From NCBI GenBank assembly GCA_003220315.1, contig QHSA01000133.1, forward strand, positions 14,843 through 78,842: a stretch of 64,000 nt of DNA, written 5' to 3'. Origin of the DNA: Candidatus Rokuibacteriota bacterium. Its GTDB lineage: Bacteria; Methylomirabilota; Methylomirabilia; Rokubacteriales; CSP1-6. The notes under the pieces are model-generated. The model made no database searches, had not been told where the DNA came from, and worked only from the letters and a program-made list of their open reading frames with translations. Position numbers and translations under genes: made by a program. Positions 48,395 through 57,555 of the stretch are shown piece after piece (the first letter of the stretch is position 1; every line of letters begins with the position of its first letter).

Positions 48395-48957
48395 CGGTCG
48401 AACCAGCACCGGATCAGCGGCGCCCACGCGCTGAGGGGGCGGGCGGCTTTGCCGACCGCCTTCGCGTCGTCGTCCCAGCGCCTGAGGGCGAGCGCGGCGG
48501 CGAGCCACGGATGCCCGGCGAGCCGCGCGATCTCCGCGGCCGCCATGACCCCGCCCTGGAGCCGCAGCGTGTGCCGCGAGCCCGCGGAGAGCCGGCCGAA
48601 GTAGTCGGGCTCGGTCGCGCACAGGTAGCGTTTGGCGTCGGCGTGCATGCGCACGCACCACGCGACGCGCTCGGGCACCCACGGCGCGATCAGCTCGGCA
48701 CCGACCTCGTGGTGCCCACGGGCGTCCGGTCCCGCGCGCGTCGGCTCGGTGGCGTCGGAGACGAGCGATTGATCCACGGCATAGCGGCCGACGTCGTGCA
48801 GGAGGCACGCGAGCTGGAGCTCGTCGTCGGCGCCCGCGTCCCACGCGAGCTCGGCGCACTGGAGGGCGTGCTCCAGCTCCGACACGGCCTCGCCTCCATA
48901 GCCGCGCGCCGCGGCGCGCGCCATGGCGTCGAGCAGCCGGTCGGCCATCGTGCTCAC
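48391..48957 (-). CDS. PhnZ-like HD-domain diiron oxygenase/phosphohydrolase
   Basis: YGGEAVS.LEHALQCA, LLHDVG, HE..GA, H..AKRYL, LS..S..TL.LQGG.M, LR.WDD.AK. Confidence 0.85.
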   Translation of the reverse strand: MSTMADRLLDAMARAAARGYGGEAVSELEHALQCAELAWDAGADDELQLACLLHDVGRYAVDQSLVSDATEPTRAGPDARGHHEVGAELIAPWVPERVAWCVRMHADAKRYLCATEPDYFGRLSAGSRHTLRLQGGVMAAAEIARLAGHPWLAAALALRRWDDDAKAVGKAARPLSAWAPLIRCWFDR

Positions 48958-49877
48958 ACGCGGATGAACTTCTGCAGCGAGCGGATCTCGCGCGGCGGCG
49001 TCTCGTTCCTCCCCTGCGCGGTCCAGGACACCTCGGCCACGTAGAGCGCGCCGCGCGAGTCGACGGCGCAGCCGTGCGGCGCCACGAACTCACCCGGCTT
49101 CTCGCCCGCGAAGGGGCCACCGAGCCGCCCCACCAGATCGCCCTTGAGGGTGAGGATGCTCACGCGCGCGCCGAGGTTCGGCACCTGAGCGTTCACGGCG
49201 AGGTGCGTCGGCAGCTCGCCGACGTAGAGCAGCCCGCCGTCGCGTCGCTCCGCGAAGAGCCCGCACGGGCGATGCAGGTTGCTGAGCTGCGCGAGGTACT
49301 GCCCCTTCCCGTCGAAGACCTGCACGCGGTGATTCTCGCGATCGGCGACATACACCAGGCCGTCCGCGTCGGTGGCGAGGTTGTGCGGGACGTTGAAGCA
49401 GCCGGGGTCGGTGCCCGGCGCGCCCCACGAGTGGAGGTGCCGGCCCGTGGGGTCGTACTTGTGCACGCGCGAGTTGCCGTAGCCGTCGGAGACGTAGACG
49501 TCGCCGCTCTTCGGGCAGAGCGCCACGTGGGTCGGCCGGTTGAACGGCTTGCCGCCCTGGAGCGTGGACGGGGTGTCGGGATCACCGATCGTCAGCAGCA
49601 GCTTCCCCGCGGCGGTGAACTGGCGGATCGTGTGGTGCAGATCGTCCGTCAGCCAGAGCGTGTCGTTCGGGCCGATCGTGATCCCGTGCGGCCGGCGGAA
49701 GATCCCCTCGCCCCACGAGCGGAGGAAGTTCCCGTCCCGGTCGAAGACGATGACCGGGTGCGCGCCGCGGTTGAAGACGTAGACGTTGTCTGCCGCGTCG
49801 ACGGCCACGCTCGTGGCCTCGACGTAGGACCACCCCTCGGGCAGCCTGCCCCACCCCGCCACCGGACGGTAGTTCAT
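48954..49877 (-). CDS. NHL-repeat protein, peptidyl-alpha-hydroxyglycine lyase (PAL)-like
   Basis: VFNRG.HP, PHG, FNRPT.VA, SDGYGNSRVHK, PH, ADRENHRVQ.F. Confidence 0.88.
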   Translation of the reverse strand: MNYRPVAGWGRLPEGWSYVEATSVAVDAADNVYVFNRGAHPVIVFDRDGNFLRSWGEGIFRRPHGITIGPNDTLWLTDDLHHTIRQFTAAGKLLLTIGDPDTPSTLQGGKPFNRPTHVALCPKSGDVYVSDGYGNSRVHKYDPTGRHLHSWGAPGTDPGCFNVPHNLATDADGLVYVADRENHRVQVFDGKGQYLAQLSNLHRPCGLFAERRDGGLLYVGELPTHLAVNAQVPNLGARVSILTLKGDLVGRLGGPFAGEKPGEFVAPHGCAVDSRGALYVAEVSWTAQGRNETPPREIRSLQKFIRV

Positions 49878-49983
49878 GACCGACCCTCCCCCGCTCGGAG
49901 CCCCATACTGCCACAAGCGGACCACACGGGCCATCGCCGGACGGAGCCGGAGTCACGCCGTCCGCTCGCGTAGAATATCCGGG

Positions 49984-52900
49984 ATGCGGTGCCCCGCGTG
50001 TCGAACCGAGAACCGCCCCGGCGTGAGGTTCTGCGAGGAGTGCGGCGCGACGCTCGACGTGCTGTGTCCCGCGTGCGGCGCCGGCGTCCCGACGGGAAAG
50101 AAATTCTGCGGCGCGTGCGGCGCCCCGCTCGCCGCCGCCGTCCCCCCGGCGCCCGCCGTGGCGTCCCCGCGGTTCGAGTCGCCGCGTGCGTACACCCCCG
50201 CGCATCTCGCGGCGCGGATCCTGAAGGACCGCGCGGCGCTCTCGGGGGAGCGCAAGCAGGTCAGCGTGCTCTTCGCCGACGTCTCCGGCTTCACGTCCAT
50301 CTCCGAGCGCCTCGACCCCGAGGAAGTCCACGCGCTCATCAACCGCGCGTTCGAGCTGATGCTGGCCGAGATCCACCGCTACGAGGGCACGGTCAACCAG
50401 TTCCTGGGGGACGGACTCATGGCGCTCTTCGGCGCACCGATCGCGCACGAGGACCATGCCCAGCGCGCCGCTCACGCCGCGCTCGCCATGCAGCAGACGC
50501 TTTCGCGCTACCGCGACGAGCTCCAGGCGACGCGCGCGATCGACTTCCGCGTCCGCCTGGGCCTCAACACGGGGCTCGTCGTCGTGGGCGCCATCGGCGA
50601 TAACCTCAGGATGGACTACACGGCGGTCGGGGACACGACGAACACGGCGGCCCGGATGCAGCAACTCGCCGAGCCCGGCGCGATCGTGGTGGCCGAGGCC
50701 AGCCAGAAGCTGATCGCGCCGTACTTCGCCACGCGGGCGCTCGGCGCAGTCCCCGTGAAGGGCAAGAGCCAACCCGTGGCCGCGTACGAGCTCCTCAAGG
50801 CGCTCGAGGGGGTCACGCGTCTCGACGCCCGCGCGGCACGCGGCCTGTCGCCGTTCGTCGGGCGTGACGACGCGCTCGAGACCCTGGCGCGCGCCTGGGC
50901 GCAGGTCCGGAGCGGCCGCGGGCAGGCCGTTTTCGTCCTCGGCGACGCGGGCATCGGCAAGTCGCGGCTCCTCTTCGAGTTCCGGCGGCGAATCGGGGAC
51001 ACGGTGACGTGGATCGAGGGCGACTGTATCTCGTTCGGGCAGTCGATCCCGTTCCTCCCGATCGTCCAGATGCTCAAGCGGAACTTCGGTATCGAGGATC
51101 ACGACTCCGAAGAGCGGATCGTCGCCCGGGTCCATCACGGCGTCGCGTTCCTCGGCGAGGAGGCCGCGAGCGTCGAGGCCCTGCTGCGGTACCTCCTCGC
51201 CGTCGATCCGGGCGATCCGGCCGTCGCCGCGCTGGACCCGGTGCAGCGGCGTGCCCGCGTCGTCACCGCGATCCACCGGCTGACCGCGACGGGCAGCCGC
51301 CGGCGCCCGATCGTGCTCGTCGTGGAGGACGCGCACTGGATCGACGGCGCCTCGGAGGACTTCCTGAAGTCCCTGACGGAGAATCTGCCCGGCATGGCGG
51401 TGCTGCTGATCGTCACGTATCGCCCGGTCTACGCGCAACCGTTCGGCGATCGCACCTACTACTGGCGCATCGGGCTTCAACCGGTCGATGAGGGCGCCGC
51501 GACGCACATCGTGCGCGCGACGCTCGGCGTCGCGGAGCTCCCGCGCGAGCTGGCCGTCACCATCGCGGGCAAGGCGGAAGGCAATCCGTTCTTCCTCGAG
51601 GAGATCGGCCGCACCCTCGAGGAGACGGGCGCGGTCCGGGTCGAGAATGGCCGGCTCGTGCTGGCGCAGGCGGCGTCGACGATCACCGTGCCCGAGACCG
51701 TGCAGGACGTGATCGCCGCGCGCCTGGACCGACTCGCGGACTCGCAGAAGCGGACCGTGCAGACGGCGTCCGTCATCGGCCGCGAGTTCGCGCTGGCGCT
51801 CCTCAAACGCGTCTCCGATCTCCAAGAGCAGCTCGAGCAGAGCTTGAGCGAGCTCAAGCGAATCGAGTTGATCTACCAGAAGGGCGGCTTCGGCGAGCTC
51901 GAGTACGTCTTCAAGCACGCGCTGACCCAGGACGTCGCCTACGCCTCGCTGCTCCAGTCCGAGCGGCGTCGCTTGCACGCGCTGATCGGTGCGGCGATCG
52001 AGGAGGTCTACGCCGGTCGCCTCGAGGAGCGGACCGAGGAGCTCGTCTACCACTTCACCCGCGGCGAGGTCTGGGACAAGGTCGTCCGGCACGCGCGGGT
52101 GGCCGCCGAGCGCGCGGCGGCGCTCTGCGTGGACGACAAGGCCGTCGAGTTCTACGAGATCGCCCTCGAGGCGCTGCGGCAGGCGGCAGAGACGCCGGAG
52201 ACGGCGCGGGCCGGCATCGACCTCCGCCTGGCCATGCGAGCGCCGCTCTGGCGGGCCGGACGACTCGATCCGCTGTATGAACGGTTCCGGGAGGCGGAAG
52301 ACCTCGCCACACGGCACGGCGTGGCGGAGGTCCTGGACACGATCTACGCCTATCTCGTCCAGTATCACTGGGCCAAGGGCAACCCCGACGAGGCCTTGAC
52401 GTACGGGCGGCGCTGCCTCGAGCGGGCCGCGGCGCGAGACGATCTGGGGCTCGCGGTCACCGGGCACTACTACCTCAGCCGCACCTACCAGACGGTGGGG
52501 CGACACCGCGAAGCCGTCGGTGAAGCCGAGGCGCTGCTGTCCCTGCTCGCCGGCCGGGAGCACGAACGGTTCGGGTTGTCCGGTCTACCCTTCTCCGGCG
52601 CCTGCGCCCTGGCGGCCTTCTCCCTCGCCGAGCTCGGGGACACCACCGGAGCCCTGGCGATGATCGAGCGAGGGAGGGCGGCCGTCGACGCGGCCGGGCA
52701 CCAGTACAGCGCGGCCGTCATCGACGTCAATCACGCGTTCGTCCTCGCGCGGGCTGGCCGTCTCGAGGAGGCGGTTCGGATCGGCGAGTCGGTGGTCGCC
52801 ACCTGCCAGGAGAAGAAATTCGCCGGTCAGTTCATGCTGGGCGCCTGCGCGTTGGCGCACGCGTACGCGGCGCTCGGCCGCGGGCGGGAGGCGGCCGCGC

Positions 52901-53229
52901 TGGCGGGCGCGGCGATCGAGCGGCAAGACACGGCGCAGGCCTTCTCCGACCGCGCGTGGATGCACTCCACCAAGGCGCTCGGGCACGTCGCAGCGGGCGA
53001 ACTGGACGAGGCCGCCCGCGACGTGGCGCGCGGACTCGAGTTCGCCGAGCGTCACCGCGAGCGCGGCTGGGAGGCGTGGACGCGCTACGTCGCCGGACTC
53101 ATCGCCGAGCGGCGTGGTGATCGTGCCGGCGCCGCGCGCGACGTCGACGAGGCACAGGAGATCGCGGAAGAGCTCGGGATGCGGCCCCTCCTCGAGCGCT
53201 GTCGCGCGGCGCTCGCGAAGCTCGGCTGA
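49984..53229 (+). CDS. double Zn-ribbon / class III adenylate cyclase / AAA ATPase / TPR protein
   Basis: CPAC..N....FCEECG, VLFADVSGFT, GDGLMALFG, GDAGIGKSRL, EDAHWID, GNPFF.EE, FKHALTQDVAY. Confidence 0.93.
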   Translation: MRCPACRTENRPGVRFCEECGATLDVLCPACGAGVPTGKKFCGACGAPLAAAVPPAPAVASPRFESPRAYTPAHLAARILKDRAALSGERKQVSVLFADVSGFTSISERLDPEEVHALINRAFELMLAEIHRYEGTVNQFLGDGLMALFGAPIAHEDHAQRAAHAALAMQQTLSRYRDELQATRAIDFRVRLGLNTGLVVVGAIGDNLRMDYTAVGDTTNTAARMQQLAEPGAIVVAEASQKLIAPYFATRALGAVPVKGKSQPVAAYELLKALEGVTRLDARAARGLSPFVGRDDALETLARAWAQVRSGRGQAVFVLGDAGIGKSRLLFEFRRRIGDTVTWIEGDCISFGQSIPFLPIVQMLKRNFGIEDHDSEERIVARVHHGVAFLGEEAASVEALLRYLLAVDPGDPAVAALDPVQRRARVVTAIHRLTATGSRRRPIVLVVEDAHWIDGASEDFLKSLTENLPGMAVLLIVTYRPVYAQPFGDRTYYWRIGLQPVDEGAATHIVRATLGVAELPRELAVTIAGKAEGNPFFLEEIGRTLEETGAVRVENGRLVLAQAASTITVPETVQDVIAARLDRLADSQKRTVQTASVIGREFALALLKRVSDLQEQLEQSLSELKRIELIYQKGGFGELEYVFKHALTQDVAYASLLQSERRRLHALIGAAIEEVYAGRLEERTEELVYHFTRGEVWDKVVRHARVAAERAAALCVDDKAVEFYEIALEALRQAAETPETARAGIDLRLAMRAPLWRAGRLDPLYERFREAEDLATRHGVAEVLDTIYAYLVQYHWAKGNPDEALTYGRRCLERAAARDDLGLAVTGHYYLSRTYQTVGRHREAVGEAEALLSLLAGREHERFGLSGLPFSGACALAAFSLAELGDTTGALAMIERGRAAVDAAGHQYSAAVIDVNHAFVLARAGRLEEAVRIGESVVATCQEKKFAGQFMLGACALAHAYAALGRGREAAALAGAAIERQDTAQAFSDRAWMHSTKALGHVAAGELDEAARDVARGLEFAERHRERGWEAWTRYVAGLIAERRGDRAGAARDVDEAQEIAEELGMRPLLERCRAALAKLG

Positions 53230-53242
53230 GCTCGGACGGAGC

Positions 53243-53551
53243 CTACTTCCCGTACGCCGTCGACAGGTACCGGACGATCGCCTTCGCGTCCTCGTCGCTG
53301 ATCGAGGCGCCGAAGACCTTGATCATCTTCGTGACGACCGCTTCCCACTGCTTCGCGTCGCCCCGTGGCTGCATCACGATGTAGTCCGTCGAGTGGCACG
53401 AGCGGCACGCGCGCTGCGCCACCTCGACCCCCGGGCCGGGCGTGAGATCCCCGTACGCGTGGTCCGGCGGGAGCGTGATCGCCTTGGTCTGCGCCGCGGC
53501 CGTGAGCGGGAGCGCCGTCACGAGCGCCGCGAGGACGAGCGTGCGTCGCAT
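53243..53551 (-). CDS. sorB: sulfite dehydrogenase cytochrome c subunit
   Basis: Signal peptide, CRSCHS.DYI..QP, W...V.KM...FGA.I. Confidence 0.85.
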   Translation of the reverse strand: MRRTLVLAALVTALPLTAAAQTKAITLPPDHAYGDLTPGPGVEVAQRACRSCHSTDYIVMQPRGDAKQWEAVVTKMIKVFGASISDEDAKAIVRYLSTAYGK

Positions 53552-53561
53552 GGCGCGCCTC

Positions 53562-54782
53562 CTAGCCCGCGTGAACGCCGCAGTGCTCGACGACGTTGCG
53601 CAGGTAGCCGGCGGGGTTCCAGAGGGGCTCGGACCCCTGCGACTCGCCGATCGCGTTGAGCGCCCGGACCATGAGCGTGTAGTCGCCCGCCCCTGGCGGC
53701 GTCCAGACCGCGCTCCACTCACGGAACGAGCACCGGCCGAGGTCCGGCCCGAGCTGCGCGCGCCGCCATGTGGCGCCGCCATCGTCGGAGACCTGGACCT
53801 CGCGGACGCCATAGCCTCCGTCGAACGCGATACCCTTGAGCGCCACGGGTCGCCCGGCGGCGACGCGCGCGCCGCTCGGGGGCGCGACGATGAAGGAGCG
53901 GACCGTCATGCGGTGGATCGGCACGGTGCTCTTCGGCGCCGTGCCGGGCTCGACGCAGCCGCACGGCGTGTCGGGAATGCGGTAGGCCGGTTTCATCCAG
54001 AACTTCTCGAACACGTGGTCGACGACCGCGATCTCCGAGAGATTCTTCACCCAGTAGGTCGCATACCACCCGGGCACGACCAGGCGGGCCGGGAAGCCGT
54101 TCAGCATCGGGAGCTCGCGCCCGTTCATCTGGTAAGCCACGATGACGTCGGGATCCTCCATGATGCGCCGGAGGTCGAGGCTCTTCACGAAGTGGGGGAC
54201 GCTCGGGAAGGCAGGCTTGTCCAGGCCCTCGAACGTCGCCTGCACGGCCCCCTGGCGGACGCCGGCCGCGGCGAGGAGATCCCTGAGGCGCGCGCCCACC
54301 CATTCGGCATTCCCCATGGCGCCGTCACCCCACTCCCCGCCGAGGACGCGGGGCGAGAACCGTCCCCGGCTGTTGCCGGCGCACTGGGTGACCGCGGTCA
54401 CCGCCGCCTTCGGGAACCTGGTCTTGAGGTCCTCGAACGAGAGCTCGAGGGGCCGCTCCACGAGCCCCGTCACCCGCAATCGCCAGGTCCCGAGGTCCAC
54501 GCCGGTCGGCACGGGGAAGGTGTGGTAGCGGACGAAGAACGCCTCGTTCGGCGTGATCGCCCGGTCGAAATACGTCATCGGGGTCTCGAGTTGCGGGGGT
54601 CTCGACGTCATGAGGATGAGGTCGGTCTTCTCGGGATAGCGGACGAGCGGCCGCCCGGCGAGGATCGGATCTGCCTGCTGCGAGAACGCCCGGGGCGCCC
54701 GCCAGAGCATCTCTGCCGAAACGGCGAACGCGCCGAGTCCGCCAACTGTTCTCAGGAAGTCCCTGCGAGGGCTCCGCGCCAT
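53562..54782 (-). CDS. sorA: sulfite:cytochrome c oxidoreductase molybdopterin subunit
   Basis: Tat RRDFL, RPPQLETP, AFFVRYH, QCAGNSR, NGFP.RLVVPGWY...WVK, WNP.GY..N. Confidence 0.92.
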   Translation of the reverse strand: MARSPRRDFLRTVGGLGAFAVSAEMLWRAPRAFSQQADPILAGRPLVRYPEKTDLILMTSRPPQLETPMTYFDRAITPNEAFFVRYHTFPVPTGVDLGTWRLRVTGLVERPLELSFEDLKTRFPKAAVTAVTQCAGNSRGRFSPRVLGGEWGDGAMGNAEWVGARLRDLLAAAGVRQGAVQATFEGLDKPAFPSVPHFVKSLDLRRIMEDPDVIVAYQMNGRELPMLNGFPARLVVPGWYATYWVKNLSEIAVVDHVFEKFWMKPAYRIPDTPCGCVEPGTAPKSTVPIHRMTVRSFIVAPPSGARVAAGRPVALKGIAFDGGYGVREVQVSDDGGATWRRAQLGPDLGRCSFREWSAVWTPPGAGDYTLMVRALNAIGESQGSEPLWNPAGYLRNVVEHCGVHAG

Positions 54783-54880
54783 GGCTCCCCTCCTGATCCG
54801 GGTGAACGCCCCCCGACTCTATCCGGACTCGAGATCGTCTTCCACCCTCTCGAATTCCCTCGTGCGTATACCCTTTCAGC

Positions 54881-55360
54881 ATGGACGAGCGCGCGTTCAG
54901 CCGTGTGGCCGAGGCGTACGCCGGCCGGCTCTACGCCGTCGCCTACCGGCTCCTCAGGAACCGTGCGGACGCCGAGGACGCCGTGCAGCGCGCCCTCATG
55001 AAGGCGTTTGCGGCGCGCGCGTCGTACTCGCCGCGCTGGGCGGTCTCCACGTGGCTCTACCGCGTGCTCTCGAACGTCTGTATCGACGAGCTGCGCCGGC
55101 GCCGCCCCCCGCCCGACCCGGCGCCCGCCCACGGCGGCCGTGACTCGGGCGACGTCGAGCGCGTGGACCTGGCCCGCGCCCTGGACGCCGTGCCGCGAGA
55201 GGCGCGGCTCCTGTTGGCGCTCCACTACGTCAACGGTCTCTCGTACCGGGAGCTCGCCCGGGTCCGCGGAATCTCGGTCAACACGGTCAAGAGCCAGCTC
55301 GCCCGGGGCAAGACGATTCTCCGGCGGGCGCTGGGGGATCGGCGATGGATCTCGACCTGA
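54881..55360 (+). CDS. ECF sigma factor
   Basis: DAED.VQ, TWLYRV..N.CID..R, GLSY.ELA...GIS.NTVKS.L.R. Confidence 0.9.
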   Translation: MDERAFSRVAEAYAGRLYAVAYRLLRNRADAEDAVQRALMKAFAARASYSPRWAVSTWLYRVLSNVCIDELRRRRPPPDPAPAHGGRDSGDVERVDLARALDAVPREARLLLALHYVNGLSYRELARVRGISVNTVKSQLARGKTILRRALGDRRWIST

Positions 55361-56052
55361 CGCTCAGGGAGTTCTTCACGGCCGCGGCTCCGCCACGCCA
55401 CGCGCTCGCCCGCCTGTTTCGGGGACTCGGGGGTCGCTCGCCACGGCTCGAACCGCTCGCCGATCGATTCCGCATTGAGGCGAGCGACCACGGCGTGACG
55501 CGCCTCCGACCGGGGCGGGGCCTCGGCGCGGCGTCCCCACGCGCCCGCGGCCACGCCGAGCAGGCGCGCGAGGAGCTCCGCGAATACCTCGCGGGCCGCC
55601 GGACGTTCTTTCGGGTCCCCCTGGACCTCGACGGGGTGCCCGAGTTCCAGGCCACGGTGCTGGCGGAGGCCGCGCGCATCCCGTTCGGCGAGGTCGTCGC
55701 GTACGCGACGCTCGCGCGGCGCATCGGCCACCCACGCGCCGCGCGCGCCGTCGGCAACGCCCTCGGCAGGAATCCGGTGCCCGTGATCGTCCCCTGCCAC
55801 CGGGTCGTCCGCGGGGACGGGAGCTGGGGGCACTACGCCTTCGGCCACGCGATGAAGACGTTCCTGCTCGGGCTCGAGCGCGCGACGCCGCTCCTCGTCG
55901 GCTGCGCGACGAGCCGGATCGTCTGCCGACGCGGCTGCGCGCACGAGCGGCGTGTCGCCGAGGGGAATCGCGTCGTCTTCGCCTCGCTCCGCGACGCGCG
56001 GAGCGTCGGCTACCGCCCCTGCCGCGTGTGCCGGCCGGCCCGCGTCGCGTGA
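55345..56052 (+). CDS. ogt: methylated-DNA-protein-cysteine methyltransferase with C-terminal Ada-like Zn domain
   Basis: FQ..V......IPFG, ARAVG.A...NP....PCHRV; then IVCRRGC...F.S...A...GYRPCRVCRP. Confidence 0.85.
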   Translation: MDLDLTLREFFTAAAPPRHALARLFRGLGGRSPRLEPLADRFRIEASDHGVTRLRPGRGLGAASPRARGHAEQAREELREYLAGRRTFFRVPLDLDGVPEFQATVLAEAARIPFGEVVAYATLARRIGHPRAARAVGNALGRNPVPVIVPCHRVVRGDGSWGHYAFGHAMKTFLLGLERATPLLVGCATSRIVCRRGCAHERRVAEGNRVVFASLRDARSVGYRPCRVCRPARVA

Positions 56053-56088
56053 TCGGCGGCTTGCCGTGATCGGCCGCGTGCTAGGAGC

Positions 56089-56241
56089 GTGTCGGAGAAA
56101 GGGCTGTCGACCGGGGTTCGAGCGCCGGCTTTGCCGGCGCACCGATTCCTCGGGGGTTCGCTCCCTCTCGGGAGCGCTCCCCCGGCCTCGGAGGGGGCCG
56201 TCGCGCCCTTAGGGCGCGCCTGTGAAGTCGCCCCCGCCGAC
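56089..56241. repeat. degenerate family C hairpin element
   Basis: Contains TTCGAGCGCCGGCTTTGCCGGCGCACCGAT and TCGGAGGGGGCCGTCG modules shared with other family C copies. Confidence 0.7.
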
Positions 56242-56259
56242 TCTGCTAGGATGCCGACG

Positions 56260-57084
56260 ATGACGGCCCGCGGCTCGCTCGTCTCGTTCGCCGTCGCGCT
56301 GCTCCTGGTCGGCGGCCCACGGCCGGCCGCCGCCCAGTACCCGGTCTTCGACGCCCACATCCACTATAGCCGCCCCGACTGGGACGCGTACCCGCCGGAG
56401 CGCGCGCTCGCCCTCCTCGCTCGGGCGGGTGTGCGTCGCGCGCTCGTGTCGAGCACGCCCGACGACGGCACGCTCAAGCTCTACGAGCGCGCGCCGACGG
56501 TGGTCGTGCCGTTCCTCCGGCCCTACCGCAGGCGCGAAGACATGGGCGGCTGGCACGCAGACGCGGGCGTTGCCGAATACGTGGAGGAGCGACTCAAGCG
56601 CGGTATCTACCGCGGCATCGGCGAGTTCCACCTCGGTGGCGCCGACGTGGACGCGCCCGTCGTCCGGCGGATCGCCGAGCTGGCGGCGGAGCGCGACCTG
56701 TTCCTGCACGCCCACGTGGACGCCGACACGATCGAGAAGCTCCTGGCGCGCTACCCGAAGGTCCGCTTCCTCTGGGCCCACGCGGGCATGTCGGCGGACG
56801 CCAGGACCGTCGGCCGGCTGCTCGACCGATTCCCGAAGCTCTGGGTGGAGCTGGCGCTCCGCAGCGACGTCGCGCCGGGCGGCCGGCTCGACCCCGAATG
56901 GCGCGCGCGCTTCCTGCGTCACGCCGATCGTTTCATGGTCGGGACCGACACGTGGGTGACTTCTCGCTGGGAGGCCGTCGAGTCCTCCACGCGGGACGTC
57001 CAGGAGTGGCTCGCCGAGCTCCCGGCGGAGGTCGCCGAGCAGATCGCGTGGAGGAACGGCGCGCGTCTCTTCCCGGCGCCTTAG
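56260..57084 (+). CDS. secreted amidohydrolase-family (TIM barrel) protein
   Basis: Signal peptide, FDAHIH, GIGEFH, HAH, WAHAG, GTD. Confidence 0.82.
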   Translation: MTARGSLVSFAVALLLVGGPRPAAAQYPVFDAHIHYSRPDWDAYPPERALALLARAGVRRALVSSTPDDGTLKLYERAPTVVVPFLRPYRRREDMGGWHADAGVAEYVEERLKRGIYRGIGEFHLGGADVDAPVVRRIAELAAERDLFLHAHVDADTIEKLLARYPKVRFLWAHAGMSADARTVGRLLDRFPKLWVELALRSDVAPGGRLDPEWRARFLRHADRFMVGTDTWVTSRWEAVESSTRDVQEWLAELPAEVAEQIAWRNGARLFPAP

Positions 57085-57121
57085 TTGAGGTCAGGGGGAG
57101 CGGCGCTGGCGCCCGACACGC

Positions 57122-57541
57122 TCAGCGGCCCTGAGCCTCGACGAGGTGGCGGTCCGAGTCGTAACGGAGCCGGCCGAGCGCCGCGTCGCGCTCGAGCCAC
57201 GCGACTTCGTCCACCTCGTGGTCGTGCTCGCCGACCTTCTCGAGCGGTCGCATGAGGAACCAGCGCACCGTCTTCCGGATCCGCTGCCCGTCGCGCTGAA
57301 ACCAGTACGTCGCGGTGTCCAGCTCGCGCACGACCTCGCAGCGGTACCCGGTCTCCTCGCGCACCTCGCGGAGGGCCGCGTCCGCGCTCGACTCGCCGGG
57401 GCCGAGCGTCCCCTTCGGCAGCGTCCACACGGGCTGGTTACGCAGATCACGCGCGCGGATCAGCAGCACCCGGCCACGCTCGTCGACGACCAGCCCGCCC
57501 GCCGAGAACTGCAGCACCGGCCGCGTCTGCTTCTCCGCCAT
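57122..57541 (-). CDS. NUDIX hydrolase
   Basis: LPKG...GES...AALREVREETG Nudix box. Confidence 0.93.
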   Translation of the reverse strand: MAEKQTRPVLQFSAGGLVVDERGRVLLIRARDLRNQPVWTLPKGTLGPGESSADAALREVREETGYRCEVVRELDTATYWFQRDGQRIRKTVRWFLMRPLEKVGEHDHEVDEVAWLERDAALGRLRYDSDRHLVEAQGR

Positions 57542-57555
57542 ACGCCCATGATACG

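Noticed and set aside
56049..56263. Relay chain across the family C copy after ogt
   Set aside because: The chain has a 9-nt gap, and the downstream gene has its own -10 box, so it was not counted.
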